Part shown: one piece after another, positions 1 through 16,683 of the stretch
Numbering within the stretch: position 1 is the first letter of the stretch
Layout of the letters: each line of letters opens with the position of its first letter
Assembly (NCBI RefSeq): GCF_000485595.1
Contig: NW_014577068.1
Span: 1,341,894-1,405,893, forward strand
DNA from: Priapulus caudatus
Taxonomy: Eukaryota
Length of the DNA: 64,000 nucleotides
Reading direction: 5' to 3'
Translations under genes and position numbers: made by a program
The notes under the pieces: model-generated
What the model saw: only the letters and a program-made list of their open reading frames with translations
Told to the model about the DNA's origin: nothing
Database searches by the model: none

Positions 1-12
1 TCTTTCTCTATC

Positions 13-220
<208 letters not shown>

Positions 221-598
221 CCCCCTCTCTCTCTCTCGCTCTTTAATTTGCGTGTGTTGTCACTGCTTTAGAATCATGGATTCCATTCCGATCTGTAATG
301 TTCTGTGTGTTGTGTAGTGCAGAAATTCTCAGAGAGAATTTGTATACTCATATAATCAGGGATTGTATGCTTAATATTAATGTAGCTTTATCACTGTGTC
401 CACCAGCTCTGCAGTCACTCTGTATCATCATTGTGTATCTCCATTTCGCTCTATCTCTCCCCTTCCCCACCCACCCCATCTCTCTCTCTACCCTCTCTCA
501 CAGCCCTCTCCCTCTTCTATCTGGCTCTCCTTCTCTGCCTCTTCATTCTCTCACACATACGCACTCACGCACACACATACATACTCGCACAAACAAAC

Positions 599-599
599 A

Positions 600-634
<35 letters not shown>

Positions 635-645
635 CCGCGCACGCA
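599..645. repeat. (GCAC)n microsatellite
   Basis: tandem GCAC units. Confidence 0.9.
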
Positions 646-1536
646 GCCGCATTTGATCGGTACTACGTACATATTACGTTTATAGTACGTATATTATGTA
701 CGTAATTGCCAAACACCGAGGCTTTGTCGTGTGCCGAAATCATATTCTATTACATTTTATTGTTATAATTCTTGGGTGTTTATTCTTAGTATTTCGCGTG
801 ATAGGATGCTCTGAATTGGAAGACGCACTGCCAGGAAGAGTAATGTTGAAATCTGGGTGTGGTCACTGGTTTACAAGCCATACAATTCTTGCAGACAAAT
901 CTTTTATGTACATGCTAGGCAATTGGCGAGCTATATGGTTCTTACTGCAAAGTGGTTAGTATATTCCTTAGGCACATGTTCTGTGCTTGGAACAACATTC
1001 ACCACCTATTGTCTATTAAGACCAAAAAATCATGGAGGAATTACCCATGATATGTCATATGTTGCAGAACAGTTGTGCATTCCAGGCGAATGTTTTAGAA
1101 GTATAATATTCTCATAATAGACCCTTAACGATTGGAATTGTATTTTCAATCAATTATTATTATGTTAGGAGTTATTTGTAGTAATTTATTCTGATAACAT
1201 TAATATACGCTCCGCGAATTGAAACCGTAGCAATTCTCTAATAAAACGATGAATTAATATGGGCGTGTAGCATATAAAAATTCAGACGATGCGAACGCTA
1301 AGGTGAACCTTGCGCCAATTACTGAGAGACGAAGTGAAGCTGCGATCCTTCATATTTTACTAACACGGCGCACACCACTACCACGCCAATTCCTGATGTG
1401 ACTAATAAGTGCAGTCGTAGATATGATGTCATCCTTATTCTTGCATGAACGTTTCAATCAAGCTCTGGCTGTACACAACACACACATGAATGAGAGGAGT
1501 GCTTATAAATGTTTTGTTCCAAAGCCGAAGACGGCG

Positions 1537-1583
<47 letters not shown>

Positions 1584-1608
1584 NNNNNNNNNNNNNNNNN
1601 NNNNNNNN
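1584..1608. other. Assembly gap (25 N) directly after a (TC)n run
   Basis: N run; (TC)n at 1539-1583. Confidence 0.99.
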
Positions 1609-3536
<1,928 letters not shown>

Positions 3537-3638
3537 GCCTGCTTTGTGTAAATCTTAGCTAACTAATGATGTAATTAAGGAGAGAGAAGCTTTTCCCGGG
3601 AATTGCTTGTTGTGGCTATCGCTATAAAACGCAATGGC

Positions 3639-3737
3639 TGACAGTAAATTTAATCCATGCAAAATTCTAGAAAATTCGCCATTGGCTAATGCTGATGTGG
3701 GGAGTAGCCAGACGGCGTGTGATTGGCTAATGCAAAT
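3639..3737 (+). promoter_or_regulatory. Composite element copy 2, followed by a second ATTGG and an octamer
   Basis: TGACAGTAAATTTAATCCATGCAAAATTCTAGAAAATTCGCCATTGG at 3639-3685; ATTGG 3722-3726; ATGCAAAT 3730-3737. Confidence 0.65.
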
Positions 3738-6700
3738 CAGGGAGTGAAAGGGGTGTGATTGTGTTTGGTTCGTGGCATGACCCTTTGACTTTGAGCAGTG
3801 GATTGTACTCTTACATGTACTGCACCGCATTTGTATGCACACATTTGAATTTTGAAAGAATAAAAGAATGTGGCGATGACTCATTTTTGGTTGGCTTTAT
3901 TGAGTTAATTCTGCTTTATTAAGTGATAGCCCAGGAGTGTAAAACTATTGATTTATACAATAAATAGTAAACTACTTTGATTTTTGAGTCAGTTGCCAGT
4001 TTTAAAGAGCGTGTGTCCTATCAGTGTGTCGGAGATGATCCGGGTAATGATTTTATGGCATGTTCATGACTCAGCTATAAGGGCTCACCAGGCTCTTTGG
4101 TTTTCACACGTAATACTATTAATTTATATCTGTTTGCTACGTGTGAAGACGGGGCCCTGTTTCTGAAATCTTCACTATCTGATAGTCTTTACCTTTCTCA
4201 ATTGCAATGTTACAACTATAGTAGTAGTACTAAAAACAAAGGTAAATAGATTTCCCAGTGTTATTGTGTGCTGGGACCAGCAGATGATGCATATTTATGG
4301 TCAATATTTTGTTGCCTCCATATGCATTAGGGTTTTAATTATCAGTTGACGCGAGTGTCACTACGTGGAGTAATTTTGCTGCATGTGATTCCAAGCGTTA
4401 CAGAGACCATGCCTTCTAGTTCTATCAGTCCGTGTTTGGCTATACTATAACTATAAGGGAATTGGGATGAGGTTGCACTTCTGTTGGAATTTACTCGAAA
4501 ACATCGCCTATATATATGGGAGAATAAACGAGAATGCGTCCTGCTGGGCCATGCAGCTTCTAAATGTTAGCTATGGGTGACCATGGCTTGTCAGTTTATC
4601 TTTTTATCAGAATGTAATATATTCAAGTGTATCGGCACTGAAATCGTGTAAATTGTAAACATATATGCACGCACGCACGTGCATACGTATGCACGAACGC
4701 GCGCGCGCACGCACACACGCTTGCAAATTTTCAAGGAAATAAGCCAAACCAACCGGCAACCTAAAAAGAAAACAATGTAAATATTAATACTATATTGATA
4801 TATTTACTTACTTTGTTGCTAATCATAAATACCAGCCATTGACTGTTATTCAATGTATCTATTTTGTACATTCGGCTTAGACATGAAAATGTTTTGCTGC
4901 AAAATTCTGGGGGTAGTGGTTTGTTACGTATACCAGTTTTGCAATGCCGGTCGCACCTTCGCTGATCTTGCAGGAATGCACGCATGTATTGCGATCAGCT
5001 ACTAAATACTGTCCTTCTGAATCTAAGCTGTGAAGTTCTTTCGGTGCTAGATTGGAAAGCGGAACCTTGTGTCTACATTGCCACGTTGGTATTCTCGACA
5101 ATGCTTATTAGCATACCATGTTGTTACATGCTTTGTTGCTGATATAGTTGGTGAGAGTTGATATTAAGGAATGTCTCCCTTAGCTATTATTTTTTGGAGT
5201 GGATGCAATGTGGTGGGGAAGATATTCTGTCAGAACGAAGACAGACGTGTGTTGGTGCGGTGGGGCCGTTGCTGTAAACACATAATTGGTGCATTCGTGA
5301 TTTGAATTTTAGTAGGAAAGTTGCAAGCTTTGCGGCAGTCAACATTCTCACACTTTTAATGTAGCTAAAATTTCCAAACGATGAGTAGCTGTTGTGACCA
5401 CTTATGACAAATTTACTAAGAAAAATGTCGTATATCATCTTGGTTGGATTGTGACATCTCTGAAAACGGGATCACAGTGAAAGTGCAATACCGTGGTCAA
5501 GGAAAACGAATTCGGTTTCGAATATAAGCTCACTTGTTTATACATCACACACCGAATTAACCCATTCTTCGATGGGAAATTAACCGTAAGAAACTAGTTA
5601 CTGCTGATCGTATACGGATACGTTGTTTCCTAAGTGCCAAAATCTCTATTCTGGTGCTCTTAAGTTTTGCATTCTAGTTCACGCATTTAAAATCGCATGT
5701 TACCCTACCATGACTTATTATACTATGCATGTATGGTTAATATTACTACGTACATTCTTGATCCAAATATTTACTTCAATTGCTTTTAGAAACAGTTCAA
5801 TACATATATATTTGAGAAAGTATCATAATGAACCGAATTTGTTACAATGGTGTGTGTTCTGCTTCAATAGGTAGACGAGTTTCAAATAAAGCAGAGGATT
5901 ATCTTTTATTTAGAACACTTAAAGGATTATTGTATAACTTTTGCGTCACAATAAACTTATTGTGCGCTCACATTACCATGCCGATAGTTTTCCTTGTGTG
6001 ATACCACCGACACGGTTTATGTGTATCATTCCTATTGCCAGAAATCGTGTTTTTTCTACACCAGCCGGTACAATTGTATATCCAGTTCTCGTCGGCAAGA
6101 CCCTGGAATGATTTCTTCGTCCAGCCTTATCCGCAACACCCGGTCTCAATCCTTTATGCCATATAACGTACTTTCATACGGTCCGTTTGTAGCTCACATT
6201 AAACACAAAGCTGTCTGCGTGTGCCGTTGACTTGAATGTGAAACGAATTTGAAATGCCATGCCATTTTCCACCTAAGTTTCTTGTAATTGATGTTATAGC
6301 TAATTTACGTGGAAGAAGCTGTAAGACGCTTATATGTTCTGTGATAGGCTGTCCATCTTTAAAGAAAAGATCTTCCCTAGACTTGAAATGGGTGTTTTCT
6401 GAATGGGCATGCGAGTGGTTGGGTACCTTATATAATAAAAGTAATTTTGCATTATGTGTACATCTATAAAACTACTAGCGTTTCCCGTTCGTGGTAGTCA
6501 TACGTGTCGGCTGTATATAATCAACAGTAGCCTATTACTCCTTAAATAATGGCATTCATTGATTATTCATCCACTTTCATGAATAGTAGTTAAAAGAGGT
6601 TTGCAATACTTTAACAGCTATGGGAGCATCTCGTTGTTGATTGCTGATCAGATGGTCGTGTTACGATGACGTCGACAATCACGATTGTATATGCACTGCT

Positions 6701-7749
6701 ATATAATAGTATGTGATGCTGTTCTGCTTTCTTTCAGCAGAATTGTAAAACTTGCGCGTACACACTTAACTACTAATTCCTTGAGTTCAGCTAAATAACG
6801 TCGGGGGGAATTTAAAGTCATTGCCAAAATTCCTACGTTACTGCAGCAGACCCATATAGTTAACGCGGGTATATGCATTTATCATTATTGGTCTCTTATA
6901 TATACATAGTGCATTTTTCTTAGTTAAAGTATCCAGTTTACACGTTAACGCTTGCGCAACAATAGCTTTACAATGCATGTACGTACAGTAGTAGTATTTA
7001 ATATTATACCAAGGGTGGCCGAACCTACTGACCTTTTGAGTTGTATGTATGAAATCTTCAACGTCGGATTTCAATCTTCCACAAGACTTCATAATAACCA
7101 CGGCCATGGCGCACCTAGTTTGCGTCGGGTTAGGCTTGGAGTAGAGATTGATAGGTCCACAAAAAGGATAATTTTACTTTTATTTAATTTTTCAGTGTGC
7201 AGTTTTGTGCAATGTTAAAAGGGCAGATCGAAAAATACAGATGCTATTGTATTTTCTTGAAAATTGTGTATTGGAGGGGTGAGTGAAACAGTGCCACACT
7301 TACGAAGGATTTAGCGTATCCACTAGATTATTGTTATAATCAAGATTTGTGGTGTATATTTTAAAGTGTTACGCCCATGAAAGGTAGAATGCTACCACTG
7401 TCAGATTTTGTTCATGTTTTTTTATTCAGAATTGTGATACACTATGAAATCAACTCAATTAAAATTTAAAGTCTTGATATCATAGTTTATAATTAAAACG
7501 TCTTTGAAATGGTACAGTTTATATTTAAAATTGATAGGTGTTATTATTAATTTTAGCTCCAAATTGTGTTTGACTCCCATGTTTCTCTTTAATCGGTTGC
7601 TTTACCACTTCTACTACATGTAATACGTTACAATAGTAGTCACTATGAGCGTTACTACTGTGAAGTATTACTACAAATACAGCAAGTTGAAAGTGCTTGT
7701 AATATAAGTGCGTACTGGATGCGTGTTTGTATTGTAGGAGAGGGGGCGT

Positions 7750-7910
7750 GTTGGTGTATGCGTGCGTACGTGCGTTGTATGTGTGTGCGCGGATGTTCGT
7801 GCGTGTGTGTGCGTGAGCTATGTGCGTGAGCTATGTGCGTGTGCGTGCGTGCGTGTGTGCGTGCGTATGCATGCGTGTGTGTGTATGTGTGCATGCATGC
7901 GTTCGTGTGT
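7750..7910. repeat. Degenerate (GT)n/(GCGT)n microsatellite
   Basis: mixed GT/GCGT units. Confidence 0.85.
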
Positions 7911-8026
7911 TAAAAGTCTCAACAATACATCGAAGTTCAGTAAATTTTGTTTTCTTAGTCAAATTTGTTTCAGTATAATATGTGTTTCCTGTTTTGTCTA
8001 ATGCTTTTGGTTTACACCTCCACATA

Positions 8027-8068
8027 GTAGATGCAGGCTGTCTATAGCGTGTACAATTATCTTGACAG
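8027..8068 (+). other. Candidate short exon
   Basis: Branch-like CTAAT and a pyrimidine-rich tract end in ...CTCCACATAG(TAG); donor CAG|GTATGT. Internal ATG is open to the donor (MQAVYSVYNYLD). Confidence 0.3.
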
Positions 8069-11000
8069 GTATGTACGTTGTGTGGTTCTGGTAAAGGGTT
8101 TAATCCAACGACTACCTAGCAGTTACTTGCTCGATGTGGTTATTTATTGTGCGAATAGTCATCCCCCACCGTTGTTTTAGAGGAACACATATTGTACAGA
8201 GAATGACAATTATATTTGCGTTCGCATAACAGTTGGCTTTATCCTACCAAAGGGTGTTAGAGTGCAGTGTAGCCTGTGATCTCGGCCAATACCACTACTG
8301 TTAATAAGCAGTGTGCTCCTTTGCACTTCAATAATAAAATCTCAGTAGAAACACAGCTGTGTTTTTGACACATTACAAAACAACTATATGAGAATGTTGA
8401 TTTTAGCTATAATATATAACGACTAATACAACAAGCATCTTGGAGTGGAAAGTGTGTAAAACTGTTGCGTATCCTAATTGTCGGAATGTAATATAAACTT
8501 GAAACTCCTCGTCTAGAGGATGTGCTAAGTAAAACAGGACCAAGGCACGCACTTGCTATAGTTCTAAGCAGAAAGACTTGCCCATAATAACAGTCTCAGT
8601 GAACATAGGAAACTGTGACAAAACGGCACCCGGTTGTATAAGATCTAGTTTACACACGGAAGCTCAGCGGTATTTTATACAAATTTACAAGGTACTTGAT
8701 GTTTTCTTTCAAAAAAGCACATTCCTCTTTCCTGGTTAGCAAAAATATGGTGTCTATTCGTGTTTGTGGTTTTAAACAACATCAGAAGTTAGAGTCGTTA
8801 GAGAAGTTAGAGCCGACGATATCTCTTGTTCAGATTGTGAGAGAATATCTCAGTTTTAGAATGTGAAATCTTGCAATAAGATGCGACAGCTGTGTAGGTC
8901 AGCAATCCTCGGTCATGCTGGAGCAGGCACATAAGAATAGATTACGGATGCTTTGAAACAGTACTTCTTAAGATAATAATGCTCTATATTACATTGCTAT
9001 GTTAAATTCATACTTTGACAAATTGAGGATTAGGCCAACAGTTACTATAAGATGCGCTTTAATACACACTGTAGGGATGATATTTTGATAAGAAATTGTT
9101 TCTGTAGTCGCGCCGCTATAAAAATTGTTAGTAGTGCTGTAGTGAACAGCAGGAGGTTAAACTGTTTTAAGATGAAAAGATCAGTCACAGTACACTAGTA
9201 TTGAGAGACAAGAAAGGGGTATCACCAATTAGATAAAATATGACCATGACAAAGCATGGAAGTGTAACTGCAATTAAAACTAGAAATCATATGAATACTA
9301 GCAAATAGTCATATTAATGAGTCCCGATCACGTTGCTTTTGCTATACACGTACGCAGTAAGTAGCAACAAGGGTATACAGGTAAAACGAGACGAGGAAAA
9401 GGATATTTTTAACGTTATGAATGTAAATTGTGTTACTTATTATGAACAAATTGTTTAAATTTGAACGTGAACAAAGGCGCTACATTCCAGCGTGAACAAA
9501 ATGGGTTCTAATGGGATATTTCTGTCCGCGGGTTGACATTTTGACAACTGACATTTACAGTTTTGTAACATCATCGGCCATTGTCCTAGCTGTCTTCAGC
9601 CCACGAAATGTTATGTATAATTGTCAAATTTTGAACAAAGTAAGTTTATAACAAATTGCATTTGGTTGCTAGTGTAATGGGTGCAGGTTTCTACTACCAA
9701 AGGTTGCGGTGGCATCTACCGAGTGTGGTAGATCATCCACGGGACGAGGAACCTGCCGTTGCAATGATGTTGGATGTTTTGTGCTTCGAGTGCAAAAACT
9801 GACGTTGTTTCCACCTATGAGATGTGCTTGTAGTTTACGCGCAGAGTGGCATATCGTTTCCCCAACAAGAAGAAATCTGTTGTTTCCATGTTCTCCTGTC
9901 ATGATCAGGAGTAACTGTGTCCAAGAGTTACCCATACTTAAGCAAACTTTAGTTTTTCTTGACGAGACATCCAGGGCTGTCGTCTACAAGAGATTTGCGA
10001 TGGTTTTTCGCTATGTGCTTACGGTTTCCATGACGATAAGTACCTGTGAAATCTACTGCGAAATGTACCTGTCGCTTTCATTGCATATTTCTTTCGTCGG
10101 GTATATATCCGTAGATATGGAAGATTTTACTGACGAGATGTAGATGCCAGTGGTTTTTGTTCGCTGATGGCCTCGTCGTTTCTACGGCGAAAAGTCACCT
10201 AAATTCTCCCCATAGGAAATCTAAATATTTTCAGCAGCAATGCGTTTCTGCGGGGCGCCTTCAACAGCGCATATCTGTGGTTTCCACAGCGAGCTTACCA
10301 TTCCGTAGTAACAGATGGAGAAATACCCGTGGTTTCCACGAGCAGATGTTCGGATGGTTAACATGGGGCGATGTGGTTACTAAGATGAGACGTACCTGTG
10401 GATTCCGCGGTGGCCGGGGCGCATCTGCCGCGTGCGGGTGCGGCATCTAGATTTAGTTGTGAATAGTCGTTCGTATTGACCGGCTTGTTGAGGCTCATAT
10501 ATATTAATAATGTTATATTTACACATTATATGTCACTTTTTTCTATGTCTCTGGTGAAGTTAACGATATGAACCCATTTCTGGATGGCGTTTCAACTAAT
10601 TAATTATATCATAATATGTGCTGATTGTTTCAACGCACTTCAGTATATTCCAAACGATTGTAATGTTGAGACTGTCTTATGCGTGAAACTATTGCTAAAA
10701 GTTAAAACTACAGATGGCTACAACTCTGTTGAATTCCGCGTCAACTAAGTGTGTTTGATCAATTCCTTTAGTCAGCATTCGGTGTTTATAAAGCTGTTGA
10801 CATATAACCGTGCTCGAGTCATGCGTGCGCGAGTGCAGGCACGTGCGTTCACGTGTGCGTGCGTTTATATAACAAGTAGTTGGTTATCCAAACTATAGTC
10901 CACACAACAAATTGTAACGCATTACATTATCTATCATAACTTGAAATATTAATGTCATCAACATGTTTAATTTACTAATGTAAGGTGAAACATAGCAGTG

Positions 11001-11920
11001 GTGCCAAGTATGTATGCTATTTAAACCATGCTCTATTCGGGTCTGACGTGTTTACAGACAATACGTTAATGGTGAATTATTCTCTAAAATATGCTTGTAA
11101 GCGCTGCTTGCTAACAATTTGAATTATTATGTAGTTCTCCTGGTGTCATGCATGGAAGTGTGCGCCTGCATGGTTGAAGATCCAGTGTATGCAAGTGTTT
11201 TCCGCACATTGTAGTCCAGGGATGACTATTATGTTCAGGCGTAAAATATATTCGCGTAAATGAATGCGCGTACTATTCGCAGCACAACTAATGCTAAATT
11301 TTAATACCGCGTGTGCATTATTTTCTCCAACCGCAATATGTTTTGTTTGGTTAGGTGAAGCAGCAAAGCAGGTTGTAGTGAGCTTAAGAATGTTGCTGGC
11401 TACCACACAGACAAGTTTTTATCTTGCCGTCTGTATTGCGATATAACCACATAAACACTATCAGCACATATAGGAAGTTTGTGTGCGATAATGTTTCCAG
11501 TCAAAATCTATTAGCTACGCGTAAAGTGCCCGAATTAGTTCATGAAACTCATTTAAAAGAGTTGTCAGTATCGCAACAGACGTTTCACTTGTCATTGTTC
11601 ACCTACGGCATAATTATTCGTTCGTATTGCAGTTTCACTGGGTTATAATTATTCTAAAACAGTGCGTTTAATGGATTTTCATAGATTGCTAGGTTTAATT
11701 GTATGTGTGATCCAATGCGCAAAACACGACGAGTTTGTATTGAAGAAATAACGACAGTTATTGTATTTTTAACATTTTACTTCCGTAATCTTACTTATTT
11801 GTGTGTAGAATTATTACTGTATGTAGCAAAATACAAGTTATAGTGTTTAATGATTTTACCTGTTTCTGCAATGTTATTTCTCGATTAGTGTTGTACACGA
11901 GGTAAATGCTTGCAGTGTGC

Positions 11921-11922
<2 letters not shown>

Positions 11923-12010
<88 letters not shown>
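11923..12010. repeat. (TC)n microsatellite
   Basis: TC run. Confidence 0.95.
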
Positions 12011-12013
<3 letters not shown>

Positions 12014-12196
12014 CTGCTGAAGCCGCTGCATTCCGCCTGCGCGCGAGAGCGCTGTTATACTTACGGCCGCTGTATTTATAATTTTTTTCCATTTTATTTT
12101 CATAGCTTTTGCGAAGTAATTTACAAAGAGCTCCTCACACTAATGACGGTATAATGGGGTACCCTTCCCCGATTACTTACAAAAGCACTAAGACGC

Positions 12197-12890
12197 AAAC
12201 GCGAGTGAATCAGGCAGAGGGCGCGGCAGTCACGCCTATGAGTGACATACAAATATACAAACTGCATACGTAATAGACTACATAATACACTGCAACAGAC
12301 TAGGAAACGATTGCCAGACTGACAAACTTGTGTAGAATGAAAACAATTTTAATAGCCAGACAAAAATAAGGAGTCACAAACCAGCTAGCAAGTAAACGTC
12401 TAGCTAACCCAGCGAATCAAACGTCCGGAGAGACCGACACAACGAGAGATAGACAGACGCTTGCATAATCGAGCGGACGGATAAACAGACGGACCTGCGA
12501 AACCTTTGCGAAGTGATTTGCAACGAGCATTTTACGCAAATGACGGTATAACGGGGCCCTCTGCCGATTGTTTACAAAAATTCTGAAACGCAATCGCGAA
12601 GGTTGCGGGAAGAGGGCGCGGCGGTCGCGCCGATGAGTAGCATGCAAATATGCGGACGAATATATACACAAAACAGTCGACAGGCAGACAAACATGCGAA
12701 GAATGAGAGCAGAAGCCAGACAAAAATGTACGGATCGACAAACTGATAGCTCAATTAGTAGGCAACGTGCAACCTAAGCAAACGTGCAAAAAAACCGACA
12801 GAGCGAAAGACAGACAGACAAAGAACTCTTGCATAATCGGGACGGACGGATAAACAAACGTGAACGACGCGCTTGGCCCTCTGGCGAGAA
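12197..12890. repeat. Old degenerate tandem duplication (~360-390 bp unit)
   Basis: Colinear shared blocks AGAGGGCGCGGC, GCCAGACAAAAAT, CTTGCATAATCG..CGGACGGATAAACA and GGCCCTCTG in ~12197-12570 and ~12586-12890. Confidence 0.75.
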
Positions 12891-13132
12891 TTTCAATAAA
12901 TATTACATCACGGCGGAGCATTTTCAAGATTAGATTTGTATGGCGGCGCCTTGTAACTGCATAAATGATGGAATGGGATGTGAAGGGGCTAAAACCCAAG
13001 AGACAGCTGATGAGTTGCGAAGCGCCGAGATGAGGATGGAGAGATTAAAGCAGATGTAAGGGCCTTGGGCTGGATAATCGCGTGTGATGATATACCGGTG
13101 CTAATTTTCATTCACAACAGAAGAACTTGTAA

Positions 13133-13369
13133 CCCGTACAGACTGACAAATATTAACCTACATCAAACTGGTGCGGGTTAGGCGCGCGTCAAATCGTAGC
13201 GTACAGGCTGCAAATTTGATCCTACATCAAATGAGTCATCATGCAGTTCTCAGTTTAGCTCGTTACGTCACCCCGCAGCGTTGGAGCAGGATACAATGAA
13301 AAAACTCGGCGCGCGTCTGACCCGCACCAGTTTAATACCATATCAAATAAGCCAAAAAGTCTGTACGGG
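13133..13369. mobile_element. MITE (non-autonomous DNA transposon, superfamily unassigned)
   Basis: TIR CCCGTACAGACT...AGTCTGTACGGG; internal inverted block AAACTGGTGCGGGT/ACCCGCACCAGTTT; GTAA on both flanks. Confidence 0.75.
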
Positions 13370-13785
13370 GTAATGGTACAACGCAGCCGTTCCTTAACTG
13401 CCGCATAGCAGCAGCACATGCCGCGTTGTTGTTAACAACGCTGTGTCATATAATCGGTACATGCTTTTCTGTGAACGCACCTGGGCCTAGCCGCGAGCAA
13501 TAGACGCGAAGCCTAACGTTTAAAAATGAATGCTGCAACGTTTTAATCTCCACTAATTCACACTATAAACTGATCGATCATTCGTTTGTTCGCGCCATTC
13601 GCATTTAAGATTGGCGCAATCAAACCAAACATAATCGATCACTGCGAGGGATAATAATCATAATAGGATTAGAGTGACACGGCAGCAGGCAAGCATAGTT
13701 ACTAACGTGTAGAGGGTGGTATAGTTATGTGGTGAATAAATGTTACATCAACCGAGCCTGAATCCATCTCACTTGATACCATTTC

Positions 13786-13857
<72 letters not shown>

Positions 13858-13880
13858 NNNNNNNNNNATCTATCTATCTC
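13786..13880. repeat. (TATC)n microsatellite interrupted by a 10-N gap (13858-13867)
   Basis: tandem TATC and N run. Confidence 0.95.
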
Positions 13881-14487
13881 ACTGTCTCTCTCTCTCTCTC
13901 TCCCTCTCATATACACCTGGTGGAGGAATAGCATAGCAACTGTGAACCGAACACAACAGATTGGGTTTAGTGTATCAACACTATAATGTTGAAATAGTGA
14001 CAGATATTGAAATAAATCTTAATATATCTATTCATTTCCCGTACCGTCAATATATATAGATATAACCGGTGCGTGGTGTATGTGATTACATGTGATGCCG
14101 AATATTTTTAAGGAGGAAAGATCACCATTCTATTCACTTTAGCTTAGTCTATGTCTGTTTTTAGAAGGTAGCGATTGCCCCGTATTGGGTTTATCTGATG
14201 GTATGAATATATAATGTGTGTATGACTGTCTAGTAGAACCGTTATAGTATTATGACCATAGTACCATAACAGAATAATGGTCAACTGCTTAAAATCTACT
14301 GCGTGCTTGAGAAACAAACCAGCAGATTTCTCGTATGGATATAATGTACTGAATTTTTACATAGTTGAAATGTAGCATTCGGAATTTAAAATAATGATAA
14401 TAACGCCATATGAGGTCACTAAATCAAATGTAGTATTGAGATTAACGTCAATGAAGGCCTATACCCCCCGCGCACACACGGATGCAT

Positions 14488-14800
<313 letters not shown>

Positions 14801-15119
14801 CGCCCTTCCCCTTCACCTCGCCCCTTTTCCCTGTGTGTGCGTGCGTGCGTGTAGGTTTTTTGTGTTCGAGTGTACGTGTGCGTGTGCACGTCGTCTGTAT
14901 ATGTAAAGTGTACGTGCCGTGTGCGTGTACGGGAATCGGTCACATGCGTTTTACATATGAACGCGATAGTGCACCGACCACGAAACACAGTTTCGTTATC
15001 CACCTATTATATATGAATCAGTGCTAAATCTATGCACAAATACATTCCTTGATTGTCAATTCATAACCTCACGCAAAATCTGCAATTTCTCTCAGAGACG
15101 ATGTCAAAAATTTCAAATC

Positions 15120-15123
15120 TGTG

Positions 15124-15162
<39 letters not shown>

Positions 15163-15282
15163 GCGTGTGCGTGTGCGTGTGCGTGTGCGTGTGCGTGCGT
15201 GTGTGCGTGCGTGCGTGCGTGTGTGTGTGCGTGCGCGTGCGTGCATGCGTTTTGTATGTGCGTGCGCGCGTGCATCTTTCCA

Positions 15283-15315
<33 letters not shown>

Positions 15316-15500
15316 CCCCCTATTCCTCCATATCTCCATCTCTCACTCCTCACACTCTCCGTCCTCCCCCCCCCCTTCTCCGTCTCCTCCTCCACCACCA
15401 CCTACCCCTTCTCATATTCCTCTCTCTCTCGTTCCTGCCGACTCCCCCTCTTTCCCCTCACCCGTCTCTGCCGCTCCCTCCACCCTTTCCCCCACCTTTC
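15120..15500. repeat. Compound (GT)n/(GTGCGT)n/(TC)n microsatellite and pyrimidine-rich low-complexity tract
   Basis: direct reading. Confidence 0.9.
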
Positions 15501-16268
15501 CTCTTTATCTCACACAATCACTATAACACAGATACAGATGAATTTAAATATTATTATTCTCAAGTACGTATGATCGACTGTGCTCATAATTCCGTACTTA
15601 AGTGAGTGACGAAGGTAGAAAGGAGTCACTGCTAAAATCTTACCCACCAAAAACAACAACATAAGAATAAAACCGAACACGAAGAATACGTCCCAAACGG
15701 TATTTGCATATAATACATACCGTGTGCATAGGTACGTAAACCATTTGTCGTTGCTAATATGTTATAACAATGTATATTTTCTAACAACGTTACAAACAAT
15801 GTTGCTCATAATAATGCATTTTGTGTGGGAACCTACGTGTCATGTTGCTTGCGGTGTATTAGCTATCTTGTCAGTTTACGTATGTGCGGAGCTACTGATG
15901 TAAGCACCAAATTGCTGTTCTGTGAGAATATGCAGAAATTACCAAATGCACGTACATATGGGGTCTATATTATTATGCATGAACATGTGTATAATCAGTC
16001 ATCAATGAGTATATACCATAGGCATTGTGTACGTAACCTAAGCTAGATTACACGGTTGCAATCTTTCTCTATTGTTTTAACAAACCGAATCCAACTACAG
16101 GTAGTTTGAAACGTTCTTGTACTCCGATCTATAGAAATACCACAACACTAATCTAATAAATAATAATTTCAATCTATGTAGGCAGATGCCATTCGGTAAA
16201 GTTAGTTGGAGGGTGTATAGCAAATTCGGTCAGTATATTTCGGCCTGTAATTGTGTCTGAACCTGGGA

Positions 16269-16683
16269 GGTAACATCCCAGTTGACCTACTCCCATTTCG
16301 CCTACTTCCCATTTCGCCTACTCCCATTTCGTCTACTCTCAGAATGGGCAATATTCCCATTTCGCCTACTCCCATTTCGTCTACTCTCAGAATGGGTAAT
16401 AGTGCCATTTCGTCGTAGTATTGATATTACAACAAATACCAGGAAAAATTTATGTGGATGCCACTCCGTCTAGTCTATGTATGGTAATCAAAATCATATA
16501 TTACATTTATAAATCATTATTTAGTGGACAAACTGGTGGTAGACAAAATGGGAATGGGGTAGATTTTTAATGTAGACGAATTGGGAGTAGGCGAAATGGG
16601 TGTATACCAACTGGGAGTTTTGCTATAGACGAAATGGGAATTCCGCCGTAGGCGAAATGGGAGTAGGCCAACCGGGCATAACC
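16269..16683. mobile_element. MITE with tandem subterminal repeats
   Basis: Ends GGTAACATCCCAGTTGACCTACTCCCATTTCGCCTAC and GTAGGCGAAATGGGAGTAGGCCAACCGGGCATAACC are inverted. CTACTCCCATTTCG is repeated at left and inverted at right. TSD only partial (CTGGGA). Confidence 0.8.
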
